From positions 21,079 through 85,078 of IMG/VR virus record IMGVR_UViG_3300021256_000008: a stretch of 64,000 nucleotides of DNA. One strand, written 5' to 3'. Under the pieces are notes generated by a model, which made no database searches, was not told where the DNA came from, and saw only the letters and a list, made by a program, of their open reading frames with translations. Source of the DNA: a virus. Lineage: Duplodnaviria > Caudoviricetes. Every line of letters begins with the position of its first letter. Position 1 is the first letter of the stretch. Both the position numbers and the translations under genes were made by a program. This document shows, piece after piece, positions 1 through 10,851 of this stretch.

Positions 1-2976
1 GTCAACATACTTATTCACAACGCTATGTGAATCTGTAAGATTAACGCTATTAATCGAAACAGAGTTCTTTCCCGTCGTGAGACCGAGTGAATAGCCAACA
101 CTGTGCCCATCGTCGTACGCTTCGGTTCCAGTCGTAACAGTTCCGGCGAGCGTATTGTTGTTCGACGCGGTTGCAAGAAGATTAATTGTCGTCCTATGAG
201 TGGATTTATTATAACTGTCACTCTTGTTCGGATCTCTTACGAGCGTTCGAATCGTAACATTGCTTCGTCCGGCATTATAAGACGTGTTATAAAACGATGT
301 AATATCCGCGGTAAGAGCCCCTGTATAATCATTTCCATTCTCCAAATACGCGGTGTATGGCACTCGAATATTATACCGTTCTCTTGCCGAATCATACGGG
401 TAAGTAATACCGCTGACATCTACGACCAAACGGTCAAAGTCCACATCGTCAAAGCCACGCTGATAGGCTTCTTCCGCTGCTTCACTGGCTCCCGTATTAT
501 ACCCATCCTGATAGGCTTTTGTTCCGGAAACTACAACATCGGCTAATTTTGTCTGACCGTATTCCGTAATCGCCTGAAGATGAACAGTTGTCGCATGAGT
601 CTGCTGATTATAGGTATCCGTGCTGGTTTCGACGCGACCTAATTCATTAATTTTAACGGCTCGCTGAGCCGCCGCCACCCCATTCTGATACGCCTTGGTA
701 GCGGTAACATTAAAAGACTGCGGTTGACTTGTAGCGTATCCAAAGGTAACGGTGCCATCATCGCCGACGGTAATTACATGCGAATGCTGGTTTCCCTGGC
801 CGATTTTATTAATGGACGCATCGACATAAGCTCTGGAGGCAACCGGAAATGTTCCTCCGCCGTCAGAATTGGCAATATTAATAGTCGGAGCCGTAATACT
901 GGCAGCAGTGAGATTTCGAATCGCGACACGATCCATAATAGCAAGAGCTGCATTGATTTCTTCAGCGGTAACCTTCTTTGATTTCAAAACATCGATCTCA
1001 CCGTTTAAAGCTGAAAGTTGACCGTTAATCACACTCAAGTCTCCGTCAACAACTGTCTTATCGGCTTTCAGTTCAAGGAGGGATCCAAGCTGTGTAGTGC
1101 GGGCTGTTACGCTCGCAATATTTGTCTTATTCTCGGCCGCGGTCGATGCGATCATCTGAACGCTTGACTTCAGTTCAGTCGTGGACGTTTTAATATTTGC
1201 CTCATTAACACGAATCTGCTGACCGTTTTCATCAACTTTTCTTGAAAGCGATTGAATGTTAATGTTTCCAGTTTCAGCATCCACGTCGATGCCAACGCTC
1301 TTCAAAACGTTGAACCGCTTATTGGTCTTTTCAAATTCACCGCGAATATTTGTCTTTACTGCTTCGACTTCGAAACGATCCGCCTTGCCACGAAGACCGG
1401 ATTCCATTTCATTGGCCCAAACATCCCAAGTTGCAATTTTTTCGCCGGTGTCGGTTTGAACTCTGGCAACCGTTTGAGATACAGCAGTAATCCGGTCGTC
1501 AATTGTCTCGATTCTTTCCTCAGTCTTAGCCTCGTAGGTGTCGAGCTTGCCGGTTGTTTCATTCAGGCGTTCTGAAATTGCATGAAGATTAATATTTCCT
1601 TCTTCAGCATTGAAATCAATACCAACCTGATTTTCAAGAACCTTTTGCTGACCCTTCAGCAAACGATAGAGTCCGCCGATACTGCCAACACCATCGGGAT
1701 TATCTGGATCTATATCAATCCACTCTTCGCGAACCTCATTTTTAACTTCTGTTTTCGCTTTTTGAATGTCGGCTGCTTGTGCGCTTCCAACCGCGCCGAT
1801 TCCGGAGGCATAACCTCCATAACTGCCACTGCTCTCTGCGCCATTTCCATACGTATCGCTCTGAGCGCGTTTGTCCTCGCGGTAACGCTGCGTTAAAGTC
1901 TGCTTCGGATTTCCGAAGGTATAGGATGTATTTTCCGGATTTGCAAGATCATATTCAATTTTAGTGCACGTCAGATATTCTACGAGTTTATGCGGCGAAG
2001 AATTAATATGAACTCTCTGTCCGACCTGAATCGCCGTGACGGAAGAATCGAGGAAATGCAGATCCACCGCGTTTACCGTAATGGAAACCGGAACGTTAGA
2101 GTGCTCAGCGAGATATCTCTGACCGTTTTCAAGAAGCGTCGAAGCGCTTGTAACATTGGAAAATACATGCGTGCGAATAATTCTCCCGTATTCTGAAACC
2201 GCAGCGCTGTCAACAATCTCATCACTTCCGCCATTTACCGATGCTACCGTAAGATTATCATCGCCAAGCGGCACCAGAACTGTAAACAGATCTTCTTCAG
2301 AAATCTCCTGGGTTAGATCAAGTAAATTGATACCAAACGTGACTTCCTGCGCCGCCGTATCAGTATAAGACCCGAGAAGATCGATATATGTCGTGTTTCC
2401 GACACGTCTTGTTTTCAGATATCCGCCGCAATAATCGATCAGACAGGTCTGAATGAAATCGAAGCTGTTGTTCCATTCGTCCGTAATGGAATTTAGCGCA
2501 ATCTGCTTATAGTCGATCGTGCCCTCATCCGGATTTTCATCGCGCCCTGTAAGCTTGACTGACCGGTCTTCAATCGTAATGTTTCCGACCGTAAATTGTT
2601 TATAAGCTTCAACGCGAGCGTTATGTGCCGCGATGATTTTTCGAAACAGTGCGTGGGCCGTACCGCTGTATTTTTCACCTTTCTGAACACTGTCTACAAG
2701 GTATGCGAGATCGCCTTCGCAGTATACTCGTCTAAAATTGTTAAAATCGCTTGTATAACTTAAAACTCTGCCCCGGAACAGTTCCGTCCCATCAATCGTG
2801 ACACTGATAACGGTTCGCATCTGGTGCAGAGAATTGTAATATAGATTACTGTTCGGAATGGAAAACTCAAATGATCCGGCTTTTCCGAATTCTACAGTCA
2901 GTTTCGGTTCAACAATAACGTAAGATGGATTTGACGGATCGTAAATCGAAACGCCGTCTGCGTAAATATAAAACAT
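1..2976 (-). CDS. Tail-tip protein (Tal/prophage endopeptidase-type N-terminus, coiled-coil stalk, beta-rich host-recognition region); 3' end lies outside the window
   Basis: ATG at 2976 overlaps the upstream TGA (TGATG). Hand translation starts MFYIYADGVSIYDPSNPSYVIVEPKLTVEFGKAGSFEFSIP. Spot-checked segments are open in this frame near 721-840 and 1-60. It is absent from the ORF track, consistent with no stop inside the window. Lies after TMP and Dit. Confidence 0.8.
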   Translation of the reverse strand, partial: MFYIYADGVSIYDPSNPSYVIVEPKLTVEFGKAGSFEFSIPNSNLYYNSLHQMRTVISVTIDGTELFRGRVLSYTSDFNNFRRVYCEGDLAYLVDSVQKGEKYSGTAHALFRKIIAAHNARVEAYKQFTVGNITIEDRSVKLTGRDENPDEGTIDYKQIALNSITDEWNNSFDFIQTCLIDYCGGYLKTRRVGNTTYIDLLGSYTDTAAQEVTFGINLLDLTQEISEEDLFTVLVPLGDDNLTVASVNGGSDEIVDSAAVSEYGRIIRTHVFSNVTSASTLLENGQRYLAEHSNVPVSITVNAVDLHFLDSSVTAIQVGQRVHINSSPHKLVEYLTCTKIEYDLANPENTSYTFGNPKQTLTQRYREDKRAQSDTYGNGAESSGSYGGYASGIGAVGSAQAADIQKAKTEVKNEVREEWIDIDPDNPDGVGSIGGLYRLLKGQQKVLENQVGIDFNAEEGNINLHAISERLNETTGKLDTYEAKTEERIETIDDRITAVSQTVARVQTDTGEKIATWDVWANEMESGLRGKADRFEVEAVKTNIRGEFEKTNKRFNVLKSVGIDVDAETGNINIQSLSRKVDENGQQIRVNEANIKTSTTELKSSVQMIASTAAENKTNIASVTARTTQLGSLLELKADKTVVDGDLSVINGQLSALNGEIDVLKSKKVTAEEINAALAIMDRVAIRNLTAASITAPTINIANSDGGGTFPVASRAYVDASINKIGQGNQHSHVITVGDDGTVTFGYATSQPQSFNVTATKAYQNGVAAAQRAVKINELGRVETSTDTYNQQTHATTVHLQAITEYGQTKLADVVVSGTKAYQDGYNTGASEAAEEAYQRGFDDVDFDRLVVDVSGITYPYDSARERYNIRVPYTAYLENGNDYTGALTADITSFYNTSYNAGRSNVTIRTLVRDPNKSDSYNKSTHRTTINLLATASNNNTLAGTVTTGTEAYDDGHSVGYSLGLTTGKNSVSINSVNLTDSHSVVNKYVD

Positions 2977-3728
2977 CAGAGCATTCCTCCGGTCGCTTCA
3001 ATTGTAACTCGCCCGTTTCCGCTGAAAGTCAGAACATTTTCGCCCTGTTCAAACGAAATGGCGTAAAGCTCATTCGTTCCGCGATTCAGCGGATAACTTG
3101 TTCCCTGGTATGTAACGCTCATTCCCGGAGCGCTGCACTGAATAACGGTCGGCCCCGAAACATCTCCGGTCGAAATATAGACGACTCTCGCCGTTCCATT
3201 GACAGGGAGATTCTTATAGCTCTTGATAACGCCAGTTTCGAAATTAAACGGATCCCAGAGCCAGTCGTCTCCACCGGTATATAGCTGTCTTTTATATGGA
3301 TCAACCGTATATTTGATTGTGATTGTCGAATTTCCGGGACTGGAATTCCATTCGTCGATCGTAAAGCGGCCTTTATAATAATAACCTGGGTCATCGTCAA
3401 GAATTGCCCGATAGTTATATCCCTGAAGGTATTCCATGATCTCTGTATATCGCTCATACCACTCATCATATGCGGCGTTATACTCAACCTGTCCGGAATT
3501 GATGACAATAAACTCCCATGATCCAGTTCGAGCCCCGTAAGTTACACGGCCGGAAACAGAGTCAGTTAAATCGATAATTCCATCGCCGCCCGGAATATCC
3601 ACAAAATGCGTTTTCGCCGAGGGCGGATTAAAAATCGGTCTGGAGCTTGGGACCAGATGCCAGTCGTCCCAGGTATTCTTATTTCCGATCGTGACGGAAT
3701 GAAACTGCTTCGCCTGCGTCGAACTCAC
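2976..3728 (-). CDS. Distal tail protein (Dit)-like, 250 aa
   Basis: Position between TMP and tail tip; motifs TWDDWHL...P, G.RTGSWEF, DDDPGYYYKGR resemble siphovirus Dit. Confidence 0.75.
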   Translation of the reverse strand: MSSTQAKQFHSVTIGNKNTWDDWHLVPSSRPIFNPPSAKTHFVDIPGGDGIIDLTDSVSGRVTYGARTGSWEFIVINSGQVEYNAAYDEWYERYTEIMEYLQGYNYRAILDDDPGYYYKGRFTIDEWNSSPGNSTITIKYTVDPYKRQLYTGGDDWLWDPFNFETGVIKSYKNLPVNGTARVVYISTGDVSGPTVIQCSAPGMSVTYQGTSYPLNRGTNELYAISFEQGENVLTFSGNGRVTIEATGGML

Positions 3729-3750
3729 GCCTAATCCCTCCTTCCATAAC

Positions 3751-4251
3751 TTAGAATTTTGTCGTATTGCTGTTTGCTACATTTCTCTTATATGGATCAA
3801 CGTTGTAGTTAATTGTAATTGTCGAATTATGCTGCCCCGGATTCCAGGCATTTACGACAAGTCGTCCGGTATAGTACCAGCCCGATTCATCATTCAGAAT
3901 AATATTGTGCTTTTTCCCATGAAGAAAGCGCATAATATCACTGTACAGAACAGACCACTGTTTGAAAACTTTATCGGACGGCACCTGTCCGGGATTGATG
4001 ACGATAAACTCCCAGCTGCCGGATCGGTTCCCGTAGACCGTTTTCCCGGCAAGAGATTCTGTCATATCGATAAAACCATCCCCTCCGACAAGCTCCAGAT
4101 AGGAACTTTTAATCGGAGGGGGTGCGATCAGAGGTCTTGAAGAAGGGACAAGATGCCAGTCGTCCCAGGTATTTTTGTAGCCATCCGTATCGTTTCCGAT
4201 CGTGATCGAATGAAATCCGACGGCCTGCGTGCTTGGTGTCGGTACTGTCAT
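3751..4251 (-). CDS. Second, shorter Dit-like paralog, 166 aa
   Basis: Aligns by eye with the N-terminal part of 2976-3728 (FHSITIG..KNTWDDWHLVPSSRP; GSWEFIVIN; NSTITI.Y.VDPYKR). Confidence 0.7.
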   Translation of the reverse strand: MTVPTPSTQAVGFHSITIGNDTDGYKNTWDDWHLVPSSRPLIAPPPIKSSYLELVGGDGFIDMTESLAGKTVYGNRSGSWEFIVINPGQVPSDKVFKQWSVLYSDIMRFLHGKKHNIILNDESGWYYTGRLVVNAWNPGQHNSTITINYNVDPYKRNVANSNTTKF

Positions 4252-4287
4252 AAGTGTCCCTCCTTCCGACTTCCATTTTGAATTAAT

Positions 4288-7200
4288 TTAGTTTCCTCGT
4301 GCTTTTCTTCCGGCCATAACGCCGAGTTGACGGTCCATGCCAGTAGAAATACCACCAACAAGTCGCCCAGAATCAAGTACGACCCTCATATTCGCAATCT
4401 GTTGGCCAAGATTATCGACCTTATTTGAAATTGCACCGACAAGATCATTCATTCTGCTGTTATCAATGCTATATTCAACTGTACCGCTGATATCTTCAGC
4501 ACGAATCGCATAGTTATCCCAAAGCGAACGCATTTCGCCAGACTGCTTTATGATCTCTGCCCTCTGATCCTGGGACATTGTATATAATTTCTCTTGTGTC
4601 CTCTGGATATCCTGCCAATATGCATATTCCTCTTTGGTATTAGCTGCGGCAAGCTCGGCAGAATTGATTACTGGAGAAACTCGCGGAGAGATCTCAAAGC
4701 CTTCGCTCGCGACAACGGCTACCTGTGACATCGCATCGGAAACCGTTGTAATCAGATTGTCGGCAAGCTGATCGCCGGCTGCAGTAAGATCAGAAGACTG
4801 ATTCAAAATACCGAGAACGAGGCCGTCAACCGTATATTCACCGACAGTCATCATTTCCCTCGACGGAGACTGAATACGACCACGAGAACGAACACCCTGA
4901 TCAACTTGGCTATACATCCATTCACCGGCATTAGATAAGATGCCGTCACCTTTGAATATCCCGCTGACATAACCGTACACGGTATCAAGACCAAGATACG
5001 GACCAAACTCGCCGGCTTCGTTTCCGATTCCGTTAAGAACTTGGTCCGCGGAAAACTCGCCTCCGCTAAGTAAAGAAGCCGTCCCTTCAGTGCCAGTAAT
5101 TGAGCCGAGAAGCTGATTAAGAAATTCCGCTCCGCCCTCTTCGCCGGATGCACCGAGAGAATTTTTAAATTCCTGTTTAACGGATTCCAGATTTGTTCGA
5201 ACTTCTTCCAGCGCCTGTTCTTTTTGAGATGCATTGCTGTAAGATTCATCAGAACCAATCGAAGAGACAGCCTGACTGGTTTCTTCTGCTGTAACCTTAA
5301 TTTCTTCCAGTTTCTTCTTGACGGATTCCATCTGAGAATAGTCTCCGCCGGCCGCTTTGAGTTCTGCATTAAATTCTTTAGTAGTAAGACCAAGATACTC
5401 ACGAAGCTGCGCTTTATACTTTTCAAGGGCAGCGGCCTGAGTATTTGCATAGGTCATCATACCGTTAACTTCTTCAAGCGTTTTCTCAGAAGTTCCATTC
5501 AGAAAAGCTTCGTCTTCAGCTTTCCAATCATTAAATGCTTTTTCATACTCGGCCTTTGCATTTTCGATCGCATGCAAATATCCTTCGACATCTTTGCTGT
5601 GACCTTCAAAATACTGATCATCGAAAGCCTTTTCATTACGATCCATTTCCTGGATACCGGAATATACAGCGTAAATAAGAGCTGCAACACCGAGAATCCA
5701 CCAGAAAAGACTGCTCATTGTCGCCGTAGTTGTAGCAGCCATTGTTCCGGCGGCAGCCGTCGCGCCTCCGGTTAACTTTGTGAATGCTCCGAGAATACCA
5801 CCTGCGCCATTTGTTCCAATCATTGCTGTCGAAACACGACTTGCAAGAATTAACATAACAGCGGTTGCTGTAAATAATTTTTCAGCAAAACTGGCTTCGT
5901 CCCAAACGTCGCTGATAACTTGTCGAACAACATCGAATATTGTATGGACAATACTCGTAATACTGTCGACAAACTGCCCTTTTCGTGCCTCCATGCTTGC
6001 AGCGAGCGAATTAAAGAATTGAGTAAACGCTTCTACAGCAATTTCGGTCATCTGCGGAATAATATCAAGCAAATAAAGCGCCGCGAGAACCACAATGCTT
6101 CCAAGCAGCTGAAACATACTTGGTAAATGATCAATAACTGCTTTACCGACATCTTTAAGCATTCCGCCAATACCTGCCGTCAAAGAACCTGTAAATTTCG
6201 ATAATTTTGAACCGGCATTACCGAGGCTAAATAAACCTTTCAGACTTTTAACAATGGCGGCAATAGAAAGGGCAAATAAACCGAAAGCGACTGCGCCCCA
6301 GATAAAGTTCGGTGCACCGTCTTTATCCCTGATTGATTTACCAACCGAGATCAGTCCGTCTACAAATTTTGGAAATGCTTCCGAAATTGATCCAAGTGCA
6401 AACGACAAGCCAAGAAGCGCTACCGAGAACAACGCAAAGCTTCCTGCGATTTTCAGCATTCCGCTTCCGAGTTTGCTGAGCGCTCCGCCCATGAGTAATG
6501 CCGCAAAGGCGAAGCCTGTTAAAATAATCGCCAATTCCCCAAGCGGAAGAAGATTGTCTTTAATCTTTTCCCAACTATATTTCTTTTCGAGAACGATGAT
6601 GGCTCCAGCAAAAGCACCAAGGACCGGAATCATCAGATTCAAAGCCAGGGCAAAGAGAGCCATTCCGGCCGCTATTTTGATAATGTTTCCAGAACCCTTC
6701 ATGCCACCGACAGCTCCAAAAGCGGCTGCCATAAGTGCAAGAATAGCACTTATTCCGAGAAGGGCCGCCAAAGCCTTACCAAAAGTGTCGCCGGGCAAAG
6801 CTGCAAGTGCCGCCAACGGAACAATAAGTAAACCGATTGAGAGTGCTACAAGCGCCATACTGCCGGCCATTTTCATTACGTTGGAAGACCCTTCGCCTTT
6901 GCCAAAGTGATTAAAGGCCAGAACGACCCCGCCAAGTGCCGCGATCAGTCCGATAACACCGAGGACCGCAGCAAGAATCATATTGAGACTCTTATCTCTT
7001 GCAAACAGCGCCAGTTCCGCCATCGGAAGCATCAGCATCTGAATGGAAAGAGCCAGTGCCAGAAACGTTAATGCTACTCCGCCGCCGTTAAACTTTGGAA
7101 GGGCGGCCATCTTTGTGACAAACAATCCAAGCAGACCAACAAGAGCAATAAGCCCAACCATGGTTCCAATCAGAACCGCCGGATTTTCAGCAGTTACTTT

Positions 7201-10200
7201 TCGTACAACCGCCAGAGCAGCCGCAATAGAAGCAATAACCATCGCAAGCCCGAACAGCTTTGCCGCTAAACCGTTAAATACATTAACCTTCAGAGCATTT
7301 CCGATGTTGTAACTATTGTCACCAAACTTTCCGAGAGATGACATGTGCTTCATAATCACCGACATGACAAGCATCAGAAGCCCAATAACAGTCGCCGCAT
7401 GAGTAAGCTTATCCTGCGGAATAAAGCTGAGCGCCAATAGAGCACCGGCTAAAATGCCGATAGCAGTCGCGATTTTAATGTAAGCTTCCGCTGTTACATT
7501 CTTTTTAAATGCCGTAAGAACGTCTCCGGCTTTCTCGATTGTCCCGGCAAACGCTTCCGGAATTGAAGCTATATTTTTTGTTAGGTTTTTAGTCTGTTCG
7601 ACGAGCTCCGCTACTTTCGCAAGGAACACCGTCATAGCCGCAACCTTCAGAGTATTAAGAACTTTCTCAAAACTAATTTTCTGAAGCTGTTCGTGAATGC
7701 TGTTCTTAACCGTTTCAAAGAATGTTTTAATTCTATTTTGAATTTCCGTAGTATCGCCCATGAAACCTCTGGTAATGGGTTCCACTGCATCAGACATTTC
7801 TTCAAGAGCAAGTACAACACCGGACGATTCGGGCTCAACGTCAAAGAAAATACCACGAATCCAATGATAAAGATCCTCAAGAGTGCCTATAAGATCGAAT
7901 TCCTGAAAACCAGCCTTAACTGCTCTGAGAAGAGATAAGAGATAATCGAATCCGGAACCGATCGCATTTGCCATTTCGGCGCTTTCCATAAATCCCTTAA
8001 AATTCTGGGAGAAAGCAAGCGCATGAACACTGGCTCGTTCAAGAAAATCACCGATTTTTTCAATAAGCACCGGAAGAGTGCTGTCGCGAAACTTGTCAAA
8101 CAGCTCACCAATTCGACCTGAGGCCTGAGTAAGTGGGCCGCCGAACGACTCAAAAATTGTCCGAAATGCAGCGCCGAAATTTTCAAGAATAGGACGGTCT
8201 CCGATAGCCCCGATCGCAGATCCAAGAGCTTCGGCCACGGACATAATTCCGCGGAATGCCCCTCCGCCGATTTTTCCAGCAAAACTGATGGCAGTTCCAA
8301 AGGCTTTTACAACACTGAGCAGAACACTGAATACCGTTGTAAGGCCGGAAATCGTTCCTTCGCCAGGCTGTAGAGCAAGGGTAAAATCATGAAAACCCTT
8401 GACTAGACGGAAAAGACCGTTTGCAATATGTTCTTCATCGCCGAAGACTTTCGTGAATCCGCCTCTGAAAGCCTTCTGTACAGCCATAAATGCATCGATG
8501 ATGTTAAGTAGACCCTGACGGAAATATTCTCCGCCGTTCATCGCCTTCTGGCTTGCTTCATCTACTTCCGTAATACCGTGAACGACCGCATCATATAGAT
8601 CTTCGTACGTCTCAATAGATTCGGCGGCATCGTCTGCGGCCTGAGAAGTCTGCTCAAGATACTCAGCGAACGTATTAGCACCAAGCCGACTTCCGAGATT
8701 ATTATACTGATAATACAGCTCCATCCATTCGATGAGCTGCTCATCACTCATATTGAGGCCGCCCCATTTAAGATCGCCCGCCATAGCCTGCATGAGCTCA
8801 TAGTCATAGCCCATTTCTTCAAGCATCTTGCGGCGCTCTTCACCATTGCCATAATCGCCTCGTAGAACGCCAATCGCAACCTCACGCATCTCCTGAAGAG
8901 AGTGCGTAGCATGCTGGACAGCAGCATCAGTTTCGGTCAGCGCATCATCGCTGGATCCAAAAAGTGCGTCCATGGCCTGTCTAAAGAGATCTGCGGAAAT
9001 GCCGCCTTTTTTAAGAGCGTCGTCTACGCCGTTAAAGTTTTCAATGGCATCGATTGCGGCTCTATCGGCAACGCTGTAAAGAGCTTTCTCGAAGTCTTCC
9101 ATGGTTTTACCGGAAGATTCCAGTCTCTTTTCAAAGCGTTCCCATCCGCCGGCTAGATTTTTAACAGCGTTCTGTCCTTTGGTTGTGGCATCACTTTTTC
9201 CGAATGCCATAGAAAGAATACTGTTTCTGGTCTCGCCACCGACAGCAAAAATATCGTAAAATCGGTTTGCAATATCGGTCCAAAACTTTGTGGCCGTTTC
9301 TGCATCTCCGAAGAGATGCTCAAACGTATTCATCCAGCCGGTGGAAACTGCATCCTTGACTGAGTCAACCACATCACCCCAGGTTCTGGCGTTCTGACCC
9401 GCCTTGAGCGCTTTCAGAGAGAACTCATCTAGATCATAACCGAGGCGCTGAAAAGCTTCATCCAGAGTGATACCGAGTTCTGTAGCCAAAGACTTCGCAT
9501 TGTTTTCAAGCTCTATCATGGCTTCCGAAGCCGTGTCGATGCTCATGTCCCCCATGTATCTACGAATTTCTTTAACAGCTTTAGAATATTTGTTAAAGAC
9601 ATTCATCATAACATCGGAACTAAACCATGATGTTCTGCTCAAGGCATCGGAAGAAAACAGACCGGCCAGATCAAAGGATTGACCGGCTTTTGCGGTTTTG
9701 TCCGTGGTTTCCCAAAGACCGTCTGCAACCTGTTTTAAATATCCAAGCTCTACTGCGGCTGCGGCGGCTTGTTTACGAAATTCCTGAGTATCCATGGAGG
9801 CGTTCTGAATTGACTTATAGTCGTCATATTTCAGGGCGCCTTTACCCATGGCCTGTGACAGCTGATACATTGCCATGGAAGCTTTTGTGGCGTTCTGACC
9901 TGATACTGCGGCCCAAAGCGCGATACCCTCCATAGCAGTCACAGACTGATCAAGATCCTGGCCGGTCGCCGTGAATTTCGCGATGTTACCGACCATATCA
10001 GTGAAGTTATAGCTAGTTTCATCGGTAAACCAGTTCAGGTCTTCCATAAGCTTATTGACTTTTTCAAGCTCATATCCCTGCGCGGTTAACGTCGAAACGG
10101 CAGTAGTCTTTTCACCGAACTTCCCCATGCCCTGCATAATTGGGTCAATGGTAAAGCTCTTGATGGTTCTGGTCGCGAAATTATAAACACTGTCAGTTAA

Positions 10201-10461
10201 GTTGGAAATAACGCGCATTCCGACGATTTCAAGAGCCGAGAAGCCTTCTTTGATCTTCTCAAGTCCTGAAACCATCGGATTAGCGTCAAACTTGGAAACC
10301 GATTCGGTCATGTCATCGAAAGCTTTGGAATCACTCTTCAGATGAAGTGCCCGCTCCAATTTCTCAAGTGTCGATATTGTTTTATGAGCGCCTTCTTCAA
10401 ATCCTTTGTTGTCAAGTCGCATTTCTACGACGCGCTCATCAACAGTTCTTGCGTTCGGCAT
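4288..10461 (-). CDS. Tape measure protein, 2057 aa
   Basis: Very long, Ala/Gly-rich and helical with many hydrophobic segments; tape-measure-like N-terminal region; follows the tail chaperones. Confidence 0.95.
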   Translation of the reverse strand: MPNARTVDERVVEMRLDNKGFEEGAHKTISTLEKLERALHLKSDSKAFDDMTESVSKFDANPMVSGLEKIKEGFSALEIVGMRVISNLTDSVYNFATRTIKSFTIDPIMQGMGKFGEKTTAVSTLTAQGYELEKVNKLMEDLNWFTDETSYNFTDMVGNIAKFTATGQDLDQSVTAMEGIALWAAVSGQNATKASMAMYQLSQAMGKGALKYDDYKSIQNASMDTQEFRKQAAAAAVELGYLKQVADGLWETTDKTAKAGQSFDLAGLFSSDALSRTSWFSSDVMMNVFNKYSKAVKEIRRYMGDMSIDTASEAMIELENNAKSLATELGITLDEAFQRLGYDLDEFSLKALKAGQNARTWGDVVDSVKDAVSTGWMNTFEHLFGDAETATKFWTDIANRFYDIFAVGGETRNSILSMAFGKSDATTKGQNAVKNLAGGWERFEKRLESSGKTMEDFEKALYSVADRAAIDAIENFNGVDDALKKGGISADLFRQAMDALFGSSDDALTETDAAVQHATHSLQEMREVAIGVLRGDYGNGEERRKMLEEMGYDYELMQAMAGDLKWGGLNMSDEQLIEWMELYYQYNNLGSRLGANTFAEYLEQTSQAADDAAESIETYEDLYDAVVHGITEVDEASQKAMNGGEYFRQGLLNIIDAFMAVQKAFRGGFTKVFGDEEHIANGLFRLVKGFHDFTLALQPGEGTISGLTTVFSVLLSVVKAFGTAISFAGKIGGGAFRGIMSVAEALGSAIGAIGDRPILENFGAAFRTIFESFGGPLTQASGRIGELFDKFRDSTLPVLIEKIGDFLERASVHALAFSQNFKGFMESAEMANAIGSGFDYLLSLLRAVKAGFQEFDLIGTLEDLYHWIRGIFFDVEPESSGVVLALEEMSDAVEPITRGFMGDTTEIQNRIKTFFETVKNSIHEQLQKISFEKVLNTLKVAAMTVFLAKVAELVEQTKNLTKNIASIPEAFAGTIEKAGDVLTAFKKNVTAEAYIKIATAIGILAGALLALSFIPQDKLTHAATVIGLLMLVMSVIMKHMSSLGKFGDNSYNIGNALKVNVFNGLAAKLFGLAMVIASIAAALAVVRKVTAENPAVLIGTMVGLIALVGLLGLFVTKMAALPKFNGGGVALTFLALALSIQMLMLPMAELALFARDKSLNMILAAVLGVIGLIAALGGVVLAFNHFGKGEGSSNVMKMAGSMALVALSIGLLIVPLAALAALPGDTFGKALAALLGISAILALMAAAFGAVGGMKGSGNIIKIAAGMALFALALNLMIPVLGAFAGAIIVLEKKYSWEKIKDNLLPLGELAIILTGFAFAALLMGGALSKLGSGMLKIAGSFALFSVALLGLSFALGSISEAFPKFVDGLISVGKSIRDKDGAPNFIWGAVAFGLFALSIAAIVKSLKGLFSLGNAGSKLSKFTGSLTAGIGGMLKDVGKAVIDHLPSMFQLLGSIVVLAALYLLDIIPQMTEIAVEAFTQFFNSLAASMEARKGQFVDSITSIVHTIFDVVRQVISDVWDEASFAEKLFTATAVMLILASRVSTAMIGTNGAGGILGAFTKLTGGATAAAGTMAATTTATMSSLFWWILGVAALIYAVYSGIQEMDRNEKAFDDQYFEGHSKDVEGYLHAIENAKAEYEKAFNDWKAEDEAFLNGTSEKTLEEVNGMMTYANTQAAALEKYKAQLREYLGLTTKEFNAELKAAGGDYSQMESVKKKLEEIKVTAEETSQAVSSIGSDESYSNASQKEQALEEVRTNLESVKQEFKNSLGASGEEGGAEFLNQLLGSITGTEGTASLLSGGEFSADQVLNGIGNEAGEFGPYLGLDTVYGYVSGIFKGDGILSNAGEWMYSQVDQGVRSRGRIQSPSREMMTVGEYTVDGLVLGILNQSSDLTAAGDQLADNLITTVSDAMSQVAVVASEGFEISPRVSPVINSAELAAANTKEEYAYWQDIQRTQEKLYTMSQDQRAEIIKQSGEMRSLWDNYAIRAEDISGTVEYSIDNSRMNDLVGAISNKVDNLGQQIANMRVVLDSGRLVGGISTGMDRQLGVMAGRKARGN

Positions 10462-10463
10462 TG

Positions 10464-10838
10464 TTACTTTGCAACCTCCTTCCAGGCAGCATCTGCAATA
10501 CGATCAAATACAGGCTGAATGGCAGGAGAAATATAATGCCTGCCCTGAACAAATCCTCCGTTGGCGGTACCATGGCCATAATCAAGAATAACCGCGATCG
10601 GTACACCGTCATTGAAGTTGTCGTTTGTCCAGAAAATACTGACGGTTCCTGGTTTCCGAACAATCTCGTAATCCCAGGATGCCGCCGTCTTACCCGTAAC
10701 TTTCGGGGTTGCGTCGGAAAGAGCCTTGACTCCTTCTTCTGCATATTTAATAAGAGAGCTTTCAAAATCCAGTTTCCGGATGCGATTCAGAAAGCTGGTT
10801 GTCTTTTTGAAATCTCCTTTAACCGTACACCGGATCAT
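10464..10838 (-). CDS. Tail completion/neck protein (HK97 gp10-like)
   Basis: TPKVTGKTAASW and ILDYGHGT..GGFVQGRHYISPA motifs; start moved to MIRCTVKG at 10838 behind AAGGAG. Confidence 0.65.
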   Translation of the reverse strand: MIRCTVKGDFKKTTSFLNRIRKLDFESSLIKYAEEGVKALSDATPKVTGKTAASWDYEIVRKPGTVSIFWTNDNFNDGVPIAVILDYGHGTANGGFVQGRHYISPAIQPVFDRIADAAWKEVAK

Positions 10839-10851
10839 TTTTAAGCTCCTT

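Noticed and set aside
1-2976. Possible diversity-generating retroelement target in the tail-tip gene
   Set aside because: No reverse transcriptase or template/variable repeat pair is visible, and the gene's 3' end is outside the window.
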